Below are positions 1-8,102 of a stretch of 64,000 nt of DNA, in pieces. The translations under genes were made by a program, and so were the position numbers. Source of the DNA: Candidatus Lustribacter sp. Lineage in GTDB: Bacteria; Vulcanimicrobiota; Vulcanimicrobiia; Vulcanimicrobiales; Vulcanimicrobiaceae. Each line of letters starts with the position of its first letter. The stretch's first letter is position 1. The DNA lies in NCBI GenBank assembly GCA_965277805.1, contig OZ255842.1, forward strand, positions 1,600,001 through 1,664,000, read 5' to 3'. Under the pieces are notes generated by a model that saw nothing but the letters and a program-made list of their open reading frames with translations, did no database searches and had not been told where the DNA came from.

Positions 1-70
<70 letters not shown>

Positions 71-82
71 AGGCCGTTCCTA

Positions 83-111
83 AAAATACCGGTGCGCGGT
101 CTCATAGTCAA
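83..111 (-). promoter_or_regulatory. putative sigma70-type promoter for tRNA-Lys(CTT)
   Basis: Minus strand TTGACT-N17-TATTTT ends 12 nt upstream of the tRNA 5' end. Confidence 0.5.
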
Positions 112-180
112 GTTCCCGCCTGTCGCTCGCACGCGCAACTCGGGAACGCCGGATGTGTTTGACGAAGGGTGTCCGTACCG

Positions 181-253
181 GGGACGGTAGCTCAGCCGGT
201 AGAGCAGCGGCCTTTTAAGCCGTTTGTCGGGAGTTCGAGCCTCCCCCGTCCCA
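181..253 (+). tRNA. tRNA-Lys(TTT); CCA not encoded
   Basis: Acceptor stem GGGACGG/CCGTCCC, anticodon arm GCGGC-CT-TTT-AA-GCCGT, GTTCGAG T-loop. Confidence 0.95.
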
Positions 254-621
254 CAGACTTATCGCTTGGCCGACAGATGACTGTTCACTGTCGGCCTTTT
301 GATATAACCAAGGTCTAGTCCGGTAGCTACCGCACTCTGCCGCAGTCTTCCGTCGATGGCAATTAGCGCAACGCACCACGCATTTGTCCATTTCCGCGCG
401 GAGCTTTTGCAGCGCCGTCCCGCCGAAAATCATCCGGCTGATTGCGGCAAATTTCGTGCCGCGTACATGATCAAAGTCCAAGACCAGGATGTCGCTTTCA
501 TGGCAGTCCACACATGGATGTTCCACCAGATGCTCAAGAACGACGCGGCGATTTCGTTCCGTATAACCTAATAGAATTCATCGAACGGCTTTGTCTCGCC
601 ACAGCGAGGGCAACGTTTCAT
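215..621 (-). pseudogene. zinc-finger HNH endonuclease pseudogene (copy 1)
   Basis: ATG at 621 gives MKRCPRCGETKPFDEFY-stop. Another frame resumes YTERNRRVVLEHLVEHPCVDCHESDILVLDFDH...KCVVRCANCHRRKT. The YCxxC/basic-helix segment present in both paralogs is missing. Confidence 0.8.
268..300 (+). terminator. intrinsic terminator after tRNA-Lys(TTT)
   Basis: Perfect 9-bp stem GGCCGACAG/CTGTCGGCC followed by TTTT. Confidence 0.65.
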
Positions 622-642
622 GTCCAGATCTTCTCAAATCGT

Positions 643-662
643 TGTGCCACCATTATGGCACA
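643..662. repeat. palindrome TGTGCCA-N6-TGGCACA upstream of HNH copy 1
   Basis: Perfect 7-bp inverted repeat; identical arms occur at 1923-1942. Confidence 0.85.
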
Positions 663-685
663 GCAATTGAACGGATGCTTGCACT

Positions 686-716
686 AAAAAAACAGCCTCG
701 CGCTACGCGGAGGCTG
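686..716 (-). terminator. intrinsic terminator of the Pro-Arg-His tRNA transcript
   Basis: Minus strand hairpin CAGCCTCCGCG-TAG-CGCGAGGCTG followed by T7. Confidence 0.8.
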
Positions 717-726
717 CCTTTCATAC

Positions 727-804
727 TGGGGTGGCTGACCGGGATCGAACCGGCGACCTTCGGAATCACAACCCGACGCTCTAACCGACTGAGCTACAAC
801 CACC
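727..804 (-). tRNA. tRNA-His(GTG)
   Basis: G-1 GTGGTTG...CAGCCACC-CCA; anticodon arm TCGGG-TT-GTG-AT-TCCGA. Confidence 0.96.
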
Positions 805-848
805 ACGGGGACGACCGACGCATTTTCGGGGCGCCCCGGTTCGTACCT

Positions 849-925
849 TGGTGCGCCCGGAGGGAATCGAACCCCCATCGTTCGGCTTAGAAGGCCGATG
901 CCTTATCCAGTTAGACCACAGGCGC
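849..925 (-). tRNA. tRNA-Arg(TCT)
   Basis: GCGCCTG...CGGGCGC-ACCA; anticodon arm TCGGC-CT-TCT-AA-GCCGA. Confidence 0.96.
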
Positions 926-933
926 TCGAGAGT

Positions 934-1010
934 TGGTCGGGATGACCGGATTTGAACCGATGGCCCTTGCGTCCCAAACGCAATGCTCTACCAAACTGAG
1001 CTACATCCCG
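934..1010 (-). tRNA. tRNA-Pro(TGG)
   Basis: CGGGATG...CATCCCG-ACCA; anticodon arm TTGCG-TT-TGG-GA-CGCAA. Confidence 0.96.
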
Positions 1011-1458
1011 TTAAGAGACTTATTCCTTTTACCCACCCGAACTGCCTCGCAGTCCTCCTTCGGTGGCAGACCACACATCTGACGGCGCACTTAGCCATCT
1101 CCTGTTTGAGCTCCTCAAGGCCGCGGCCAGCGCGGCTCAGCTGCGAAAGTACATGCTTCTTCTCGTGCGGATTTATGTGATCGAACTCTAAAACGACCGG
1201 ATCAGTTTCTCCGCAATCCACACACGGGTGAGTTCGCAAATACTCTACGACAAACGCGCGATTGCGAATTCGATAGCGCCTTCGCGCTTCGCGGCGGCGC
1301 GCATTGTGAGCTTTTGCGTTCTTGACGTAGTGACGACGGCAATAAAGCGACATGCACGGGCTGCAGTATGATGCGATCCGCCCAGCTTTGGAGACCGTAA
1401 AGCTTGATAAGGGCAAGTCCATATCGCACTTCGGACAATGTTTGAGATTCTGTTCCAT
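988..1458 (-). CDS. zinc-finger HNH endonuclease family protein (copy 2)
   Basis: Motifs CPKC, YCSPC, HPCVDCGETDPVVLEFDH and KCAVRCVVCHRRRT. The ATG at 1458 overlaps the TGA of copy 3 (TGATG). The stop codon lies inside tRNA-Pro. Confidence 0.8.
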   Translation of the reverse strand: MEQNLKHCPKCDMDLPLSSFTVSKAGRIASYCSPCMSLYCRRHYVKNAKAHNARRREARRRYRIRNRAFVVEYLRTHPCVDCGETDPVVLEFDHINPHEKKHVLSQLSRAGRGLEELKQEMAKCAVRCVVCHRRRTARQFGWVKGISLLTGCSSVW

Positions 1459-1898
1459 CACGCGCCCAACATCCATCCGAACTCCTTTGCCGTACGCTTA
1501 CGATGGCAGCGAGCACATCGGACGACGCATTTTGCGATCTCCGCTTTTAAGCGATCAAGCGACCAACCTTGTCGAATGAGGTTCGAGACTTCGTTTGCTT
1601 TCGTCGACCTATCGATATGGTCAAAGTCAAGTACGACAGGATCACATTCACCGCAGTCGATACATGGATTCGTCCGTAAATATTCAATCACATACTGTCG
1701 ATTTCTGGCATAGTATCGCCGACCCGACTCACGGCGGCGAAGTTTGTATGGCGCAGGATCTTTCACATAGTGATTACGTGAATAAATCGATTGGCACGGT
1801 TTACAATATGCCAAACACTTGCCGTTTTGGCGCTTGTTGAATTTTTCTTGCGGCAGTTCGCACTTGCACATGCCGCAACGTTTTGTTTCATCACTCAT
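1458..1898 (-). CDS. zinc-finger HNH endonuclease family protein (copy 3)
   Basis: MSDETKRCGMC...YCKPC...NPCIDCGECDPVVLDFDH...KCVVRCARCHRKRT. Start placed at ATG 1898 by alignment with the paralogs. Confidence 0.8.
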   Translation of the reverse strand: MSDETKRCGMCKCELPQEKFNKRQNGKCLAYCKPCQSIYSRNHYVKDPAPYKLRRRESGRRYYARNRQYVIEYLRTNPCIDCGECDPVVLDFDHIDRSTKANEVSNLIRQGWSLDRLKAEIAKCVVRCARCHRKRTAKEFGWMLGA

Positions 1899-1922
1899 GG
1901 CAAAGCCATGGTATCGAAATCG

Positions 1923-1942
1923 TGTGCCACCTGTATGGCACA
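1923..1942. repeat. palindrome TGTGCCA-N6-TGGCACA upstream of HNH copy 3
   Basis: Same arms as 643-662, with a shared flanking AAATCG on the gene side. Confidence 0.85.
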
Positions 1943-2258
1943 AGCGATTTACTATTGCGTTATACTATCGTGATGATTGCAGCGGCAAGAATATCGGTTC
2001 GTTAATATCTGTCCCTTTCAATCTAGAACTCGACGTTTGCAACCCTAATTTCACAGTCGCTGAAACTCGCGCGCCACATCAAGCATTAATGCGCAGTTGA
2101 ACGGTCAGACCTCAATCGGTCGCTGCCCTTTTTGTAAAGCGGTCGACTCAAGCTTCTAAACTCATAGATCTCCTAGCCGGGCATCCATCAGACGTTCCCG
2201 CTCCGAGCGCCCGTACCAGGCACACCACCAGGCCCGTCTTCTCCCGCCAACGGCTGTT

Positions 2259-3266
2259 GTGTTCTGCGCCATGCATGGGACGCTCGATAGCAGCGAGAAA
2301 CCCGCGTCCGTGGGCACGTCGCGCAGCCTCGTTGCCATCGTATTGTTTTTCGTCCTGACGCTCGGCATTTCGTACGGCGCCGACGATTTGCGCGCGCCCC
2401 AGCGGGACGAATCCCCATCCGGCCGCTCGTCCCCAACGCCGATTCCGTATTTCAGCTACGACCGCAAAGCCGTCTTCACGATGGCCCTCGGCACCGACAC
2501 CGCGACCGCATCGAAAATAACAAATGCGCTGGCCGATCGGTTGATCGCGCTGAGCGGCAAGCTCCAACACGCATCCGCGCCGCGGTCCGACGGCCACTAC
2601 TGGTTCGTGCCGCAGGGCGACTGGACCATCGCCGACTACCAGAACCAATGCGCGAAGGACCCGGCGCACACGCTCGGCGCGTATATCGTCTTGCCGCCGT
2701 CGCGCAGCGACCACACCGAAAACTCGCTCGTGTTCATCCGCACGCGCACCACGGTCCGGTTCAGCTTGGTCGTTGCGGTCTGCCATCCGGCGGGCGACCA
2801 GACGGACGCGACGAGTTCCGTCACCTGGGTGAGTGAAAGCGCGAGCGGCGAGGCCATGCGCAGCGAAATCGAGATCTTTCCGCTGGCCCTACTGACGTCG
2901 CTCTATCTCGCGTTCTCGCCGCAGCGCACCTACCAAACCGTCACGACGCAAGCCTTCCCGACGCCCAATCCATTGCCGGCCGAAGGCGCGCGAGCCTCAA
3001 CGCAAACCACCGCATCGAGCGTCTTGAACCCGTCCGGCTCCGCAACGCTGCAAGGCGGGATCCTCGGCGCTTTTGCCGGCAGCGGCATCGGCAGCACCAC
3101 CGGCGCCACGGGTTCACCCGACCTGCAATTCGCGAAAGCTGCCGACGATGCAGTCGGCAAATTGCTCGAACCGATCAAGGCGCGCTGCGCACCCTACGTC
3201 GGAACCGCCGCAGCGCCGCCCGACGGCTACGCCTTTTGCACGTGGTTCGCAGCGCCGGCGCGCTGA
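2259..3266 (+). CDS. hypothetical exported/membrane protein
   Basis: 335-aa ORF with an N-terminal hydrophobic segment (LVAIVLFFVLTLGISYG) and a second hydrophobic stretch. Start uncertain. Confidence 0.6.
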   Translation: MFCAMHGTLDSSEKPASVGTSRSLVAIVLFFVLTLGISYGADDLRAPQRDESPSGRSSPTPIPYFSYDRKAVFTMALGTDTATASKITNALADRLIALSGKLQHASAPRSDGHYWFVPQGDWTIADYQNQCAKDPAHTLGAYIVLPPSRSDHTENSLVFIRTRTTVRFSLVVAVCHPAGDQTDATSSVTWVSESASGEAMRSEIEIFPLALLTSLYLAFSPQRTYQTVTTQAFPTPNPLPAEGARASTQTTASSVLNPSGSATLQGGILGAFAGSGIGSTTGATGSPDLQFAKAADDAVGKLLEPIKARCAPYVGTAAAPPDGYAFCTWFAAPAR

Positions 3267-3272
3267 CGGAAC

Positions 3273-3875
3273 CTAACCGGCTTTGCGGCTGCGCAATCCG
3301 TGCAGCAGCGCGGCGACCGCGCGATAGCGATGACTCACCGCATTCTTTTCCGCTTCGGTCAGTTCCGAAAACGACTTCTGCGCTGCCGGATACACGAAGA
3401 TAGGATCGAAGCCGAAACCACGTTCGCCGCGATCGCGCAGTGCGATCGTTCCGCCCACGGAAGCATCTACCGCGAGCTCGCGGCCGTCTTCATCGATAAA
3501 GTGCAGATAGCACACAAACCGCGCGCTGCGATCGCCGTCCTCAATACGCGACAACTCCGAGAGCACGTACTCGCGCCGCTGCGGCCACGTCAACGCCGCG
3601 CCGCCGTAATACGCCGTCACCACACCGGGCCGCCCGTCGAGCGCGTCGATCTCCAGTCCCGAATCATCCGCCAGCACCGCCGCCTCAATGCCCGCCGACA
3701 ACAGCTGTTCCCGCAGCGCATGCGCCTTCAGCGCCGCGTTTTCCGCATAGTCCGTCTCGCCTTCGACGACATCACGATACCCGGGAAACTCGAGCAGTTC
3801 GATTCCCGTGCCCTCGAGGAGCGCTTGGAACTCTGCCCGCTTACCGGCATTTTTTGAGGCGAGATAGACGCGCAA
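3273..3875 (-). CDS. rdgB: non-canonical purine NTP pyrophosphatase (RdgB/HAM1)
   Basis: Motifs ASKNAGK, ADDSGL, GFGFDPIF and KNAVSHR. Confidence 0.95.
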   Translation of the reverse strand: MRVYLASKNAGKRAEFQALLEGTGIELLEFPGYRDVVEGETDYAENAALKAHALREQLLSAGIEAAVLADDSGLEIDALDGRPGVVTAYYGGAALTWPQRREYVLSELSRIEDGDRSARFVCYLHFIDEDGRELAVDASVGGTIALRDRGERGFGFDPIFVYPAAQKSFSELTEAEKNAVSHRYRAVAALLHGLRSRKAG

Positions 3876-3889
3876 CGGAAAGGCTAGAT

Positions 3890-5719
3890 CTAAGGCTCGT
3901 CGAGTTGGAGCACGGCCATGAACGCCTCTTGCGGCAGATCGACGCGGCCGACGCGCTTCATGCGCTCCTTACCGACCTTCTGCTTCTCCAAGAGCTTGCG
4001 CTTACGCGTGATGTCGCCGCCGTAGCATTTCGCGAGAACGTTCTTGCGCATTGCGCCGACCGTTTCGCGCGCCACGACCTTGCCGCCGATCACAGCCTGA
4101 ATCGGCACGTCGAACATCTGCCGCGGAATCAGCTCCTTGAGCTTCTCCGTCAGCGCACGACCGCGTGCCGGCGCCTTGTCGCGGGCCACAATGAACGAGA
4201 GCGCATCGACCGGTTCGCCGTTGAGCAAGATCTCGAGCTTCACCAAATCGCCTTCGCGGTACCCGATCAATTCATAGTCGAGCGACGCGTAGCCCTTGGT
4301 GCTGGATTTGAGCCGGTCAAAGTAATCGATGATCAGCTCGATCAGCGGCATCTCGTACGTCAGGATGACGCGGCCGTCGACGAGGTACTCCATGTTCGCG
4401 AGCGTGCCGCGGCGATTCTGCGTCAGCTCCATGATCGCGCCGACGTACTCCGGCGGCGTGATCACCGTCGCCTTGACGAACGGCTCTTCCATCAGCGTGA
4501 TCTTGTCGCGCGGCGGCAGCTTCGCCGGGTTGTCGATCATCTCGACCGCACCGTTCGTCAGCGTCACGCGGAACACGACCGACGGCGACGTCGCGATCAG
4601 ATCGAGATTATAATTGCGCTCGAGCCGTTCTTGCACGATTTCCATGTGCAAGAGTCCCAAAAATCCGCAGCGGAAACCAAAGCCCAGCGCGATCGAACTC
4701 TCGGGCTCGAAGTGCAGGGCCGAATCGTTGAGCGCGAGCTTCTCCAGCGCATCGCGCAGGTCGGAAACCTCGACGCCTTCGTTCGGGTAAAGCCCGCAGT
4801 ACACCATCGGCACGATCGGCTTGTAGCCGGGCAGGGGCGTGGGCGCCGGGTTGGCGGGGTTCGTGATCGTGTCGCCGACGTCCATATCGCCAAGCGACTT
4901 GATGTTCGCGATCACGTAGCCGACGTTGCCGATCGTCAGCTCTTCGGTCTTGCGCATCTCCGGCTTGAAGACGCCGACTTCGGTCGCTTCATACACTCGC
5001 TCGTGCGCCATCGACATGAACTTCATGCCCTGCCGCAGCTCGCCGTCGACGATGCGCACGTAGGCGACGACGCCGCGATACGGGTCGAACTGCGCGTCGA
5101 AGATGAGCCCGCGCAGGTGCTCGTTGTTGCCCTTGGGCGGCGGGATCCGCGTAACGATCGCCTCGAGGATCTCCTCGATCCCGATGCCTTCCTTGGCGCT
5201 GGCTGCGATCGCGTCGCTGCCCTCAATGATCAGAAGTTCCTCGATCTCGTGGCGCACGCGCGCCACATCGGCCGAGGGCAGATCGATCTTATTGATCACC
5301 GGGATGATCGTGAGGTTTTGCTCCAGCGCCAAATGGTAGTTCGCAAGCGTCTGGGCCTCGATGCCCTGCGCCGCGTCGATCACGAGCAGCGCGCCCTCGC
5401 ACGCCTGCAGCGAACGCGAGACTTCCGACGAGAAGTCGACGTGGCCGGGCGTGTCGATGAAGTTCAGCTCGTAGGTCTGACCGTCTTTAGCGTGATAGGT
5501 CAGCGTGACCGGATGCATCTTGATCGTGATGCCGCGCTCGCGCTCGAGGTCCATCGCGTCGAGCATCTGCTCGCCCATCTCGCGCTCCGCGATGGTACGC
5601 GTAATCTGCAGCAATCGATCCGACAAGGTCGTCTTGCCATGGTCGATATGCGCGATAATGCAGAAATTGCGCACGTTCGCCGCACCCTTCGGTACGGCGA
5701 GTGGCTGAGATTCGATCAC
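3890..5719 (-). CDS. lepA: elongation factor 4 (LepA)
   Basis: Motifs [30 protein letters not shown] and [18 protein letters not shown]. Confidence 0.99.
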   Translation of the reverse strand: MIESQPLAVPKGAANVRNFCIIAHIDHGKTTLSDRLLQITRTIAEREMGEQMLDAMDLERERGITIKMHPVTLTYHAKDGQTYELNFIDTPGHVDFSSEVSRSLQACEGALLVIDAAQGIEAQTLANYHLALEQNLTIIPVINKIDLPSADVARVRHEIEELLIIEGSDAIAASAKEGIGIEEILEAIVTRIPPPKGNNEHLRGLIFDAQFDPYRGVVAYVRIVDGELRQGMKFMSMAHERVYEATEVGVFKPEMRKTEELTIGNVGYVIANIKSLGDMDVGDTITNPANPAPTPLPGYKPIVPMVYCGLYPNEGVEVSDLRDALEKLALNDSALHFEPESSIALGFGFRCGFLGLLHMEIVQERLERNYNLDLIATSPSVVFRVTLTNGAVEMIDNPAKLPPRDKITLMEEPFVKATVITPPEYVGAIMELTQNRRGTLANMEYLVDGRVILTYEMPLIELIIDYFDRLKSSTKGYASLDYELIGYREGDLVKLEILLNGEPVDALSFIVARDKAPARGRALTEKLKELIPRQMFDVPIQAVIGGKVVARETVGAMRKNVLAKCYGGDITRKRKLLEKQKVGKERMKRVGRVDLPQEAFMAVLQLDEP

Positions 5720-5732
5720 GGGTGTCCGGTCG

Positions 5733-5996
5733 TCAGAAGCAGGTTTGGGCGTTGCTTTGGGCGAGCCGGACCACGAATTGGAGCGCGATGATCACGACCA
5801 AGAACGAGATGTCGAGCCCACCCATCGGTGGGATGATTCGCCGTACGGGCGTCAACACCGGTTCGACAAGCATCGCGACGTAATCCGTCCAGCGTCCGCG
5901 CAGGCTCGGCACCCATGAAACGAGCGCGTACACCAGCATTACGAGGACATAGGCGTTCAGCAGCCATGCGACGACCGTATAAAGCGAGCAGATCAT
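5733..5996 (-). CDS. YggT family membrane protein
   Basis: Pattern LVSWVP...[20 protein letters not shown]. True start may lie slightly upstream. Confidence 0.88.
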   Translation of the reverse strand: MICSLYTVVAWLLNAYVLVMLVYALVSWVPSLRGRWTDYVAMLVEPVLTPVRRIIPPMGGLDISFLVVIIALQFVVRLAQSNAQTCF

Positions 5997-5999
5997 TGC

Positions 6000-6941
6000 T
6001 TATTGTACGCGTTCGGCGCCGGGAAGTGTCGCGAGCACCTTGGCCGGTACGCCGTTCAGATACGGCGCGGGGTCGATCGGCCGGCCATCCAGCATGAGCT
6101 GATAATGGAGGTGCGGTCCGGTTGCATCGCCCGTGGCCCCAACGTACCCGATGATCTCGCCCTTGCGTACGCGCTCGCCCGGCGCGACGCCGAAGCGCGA
6201 GAGGTGTGCGTACCAGCTGTGGTACCCGTTCTCGTGGTCGACGTCGATCTTGTTGCCGAAGCCGCCCTCCCAGCCGGTGGACCGCACGACGCCGTCGGCG
6301 GACGCGTGGATCGGGGTCCCGTAGTCGGCCGCGAGGTCGACGCCTTGGTGGAATTCCGGCCACGGATTTACCCGCCAGCCGAAGCCGGCCGAAATCGAGC
6401 CGTCGACCGGGTTGATCGAGGGCAGCGCCGCGATCATGCGGTCGCGCGCGATGAGGGCAATGCGGCGCAGGTCGAGCACGCGGTGCGCGAGGCGGTCGAA
6501 GCTCTTGCCGTCCGAGAGGCGCTGCTCCGAAAACTTGACCAGTCGCGCGAGCCGGGCTTGGACGGCGGCGACCGTCGCCGGAGCGCCCGGGTGAACGAAG
6601 CCGTGCGTCGGATGGATCGGGGCGGCCGGGACCGGGTGGACGCCGAGCAGTTTGCGGATCTCGGCGTCTTGGCGCTGGATGTCGCGCAGCTCGCCGGCGA
6701 GGGAATCGGCCTGCCGGTCGATGGCCTGGAGCTTCTCGTGCTGGGCCGCCGTGATCGCCCGCAGCGCCTGAACGTCTTGCTCAGCCCGGTGCAATTGCCA
6801 CGCGTGGAAGCCGAGTGCCGCGCACAGCAAGGCCACGAAGCCGGCCGCCACGGCGATCGCCAGCGTGCGGCTGAAGTGCAGCCGGTAGACGTTGTAGCCT
6901 TCGGGCGGAATGATCTTGATGAGGAACGCGTTGTTGGTCAC
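6000..6941 (-). CDS. M23 family metallopeptidase with N-terminal membrane anchor and coiled coil
   Basis: Motifs HQGVDLA, YAHL and ATGPHLHY. Confidence 0.93.
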   Translation of the reverse strand: MTNNAFLIKIIPPEGYNVYRLHFSRTLAIAVAAGFVALLCAALGFHAWQLHRAEQDVQALRAITAAQHEKLQAIDRQADSLAGELRDIQRQDAEIRKLLGVHPVPAAPIHPTHGFVHPGAPATVAAVQARLARLVKFSEQRLSDGKSFDRLAHRVLDLRRIALIARDRMIAALPSINPVDGSISAGFGWRVNPWPEFHQGVDLAADYGTPIHASADGVVRSTGWEGGFGNKIDVDHENGYHSWYAHLSRFGVAPGERVRKGEIIGYVGATGDATGPHLHYQLMLDGRPIDPAPYLNGVPAKVLATLPGAERVQ

Positions 6942-7432
6942 GACGCGGCCGCCTTAGCTGCCGCGATGGCGGACCGCTCCTCCGCCGACGCCTCTTGCGA
7001 GGCTTGGAAGTTCACCACGGTCTTGCCGTACGTCCGCGTCTCTTCGCGCGAGTAGATGCTCGAGAGCACCACGCCGTCGCCGTCGCGCGTGAGCAGCGCC
7101 AACGCATACGACTGGTCGGAACCGACGTCGGCGAAGGCGTTGTAGCGCAGGAAGCCGATCCGCGGCGTCTCGCTCTGCGCGACTTTCTCAAGCGCCTCGA
7201 TCCGCGCGGCGAGCGTTTTCAGCTCCCGGTCCGTCGCGGCGGCGGTCGCCTCGAGGGAGTTGATCCGCTGCGTCGCCGGCTCGGCCCCGCCGCCGCCCAG
7301 CAGCCCGTCGTGCGTGCCGAGGGTCGTTTGGACCGCCCGCAAGCGGGGCGCCGCCACGAGGAAATGATAGCCGGCCAAGACGACCAGCGCGCTGCCGATA
7401 CCGGCGAGCACGGAGACGGTGAGTTCCGGCAG
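6938..7432 (-). CDS. DUF4446-like membrane-anchored coiled-coil protein, probable CTG start
   Basis: Contains RYNAFADVGSDQSYALALL...GVVLSSIYSREETRTYGK. GAGGAG precedes an in-frame CTG at 7432. The longer ORF-track start runs through the SRP RNA. Confidence 0.8.
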   Translation of the reverse strand: MPELTVSVLAGIGSALVVLAGYHFLVAAPRLRAVQTTLGTHDGLLGGGGAEPATQRINSLEATAAATDRELKTLAARIEALEKVAQSETPRIGFLRYNAFADVGSDQSYALALLTRDGDGVVLSSIYSREETRTYGKTVVNFQASQEASAEERSAIAAAKAAAS

Positions 7433-7449
7433 ACGTTTCTCCTCTGGGA

Positions 7450-7574
7450 AAGACCTTGACGAGGGCCAGGTGACTTGCGGCACACGGGAGTGACCGCTTA
7501 CCGTTGCTCCCTTCCGGTCCTGGCGGGGTTCACGGTTTTCCGTTGCGCGAGGCCCAACCCTCGTCGAAGGCCCC
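7450..7574 (-). ncRNA. ffs: signal recognition particle RNA (small bacterial type)
   Basis: Minus strand carries the domain IV signature GCCAGGACCGGAAGGGAGCAAC inside a long hairpin closed by GGCCTTCGACGAGGG...CCCTCGTCAAGGTCT. Ends are approximate. Confidence 0.9.
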
Positions 7575-7577
7575 GAC

Positions 7578-7586
7578 ATCGTACCA
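7578..7586 (-). promoter_or_regulatory. extended -10 element for ffs
   Basis: TGGTACGAT (TGn-TACGAT) a few nt upstream of the SRP 5' stem. Confidence 0.5.
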
Positions 7587-7730
7587 CACCCAACAGGCTC
7601 GGCTTCACCGTCCAATGTCGGGCCCTGGAGCCTCAATCCGCTTGCCTGCCCTCAAAATCTTGGCAGAAATCACGCAAATCTTCGGGGCCGGCGACGTAAA
7701 TCTGCAGCCCGAATCTCCGATAACTTCGAC

Positions 7731-8045
7731 ATGAATAAACGCTCGTTCGCAGACCTTATGGTCGGCGTGCTGGCCTACGTCTCGCTCACCGGCCTCGCGG
7801 CGATTGCGGTGGAACCGGCCGCCGGGCCCCGCGTCCGTACGGCAGTTGCCGACGAGCGCTGGTCGTTGCCGGTCAAACGCCGCCGGCGCCGCGTGCGCGA
7901 AGATGCGTGCCGGCATTGCGCGGGAAGCGGAGCGTGCAATGCGTGCATGCCCGCGACATGCCGGGTTTGCCGCGGCACGGGTTTGCAGCCCCGAGACGCA
8001 ACGCTGGTGCCGCGTCTCACCGAACTCTGGAACGGCGCTTCTTAA
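7731..8045 (+). CDS. small protein with N-terminal hydrophobic helix and DnaJ-type CxxCxGxG zinc-finger motifs
   Basis: Contains CRHCAGSGACNACMPATCRVCRGTG. Confidence 0.7.
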   Translation: MNKRSFADLMVGVLAYVSLTGLAAIAVEPAAGPRVRTAVADERWSLPVKRRRRRVREDACRHCAGSGACNACMPATCRVCRGTGLQPRDATLVPRLTELWNGAS

Positions 8046-8102
8046 GATATACCCTGCACGGCGCGGAGGTCAGGGGGCGCGAGTTTCGCGAACCCTCATT
8101 GG

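Noticed and set aside
591-890. Short ORFs spanning tRNA-His and tRNA-Arg
   Set aside because: They are translations of tRNA sequence.
3854-5791. 645-aa plus-strand ORF opposite lepA, and similar long antisense ORFs (9142-10563, 15054-16343, 33724-35475, 41044-42456, 59074-60270, 60667-62091)
   Set aside because: Antisense shadows of well-supported genes, expected from high-GC codon bias; no recognisable motifs.
7433-7636. N-terminal extension of the DUF4446-like ORF
   Set aside because: It runs through the SRP RNA and its promoter; a good RBS lies just before 7432.
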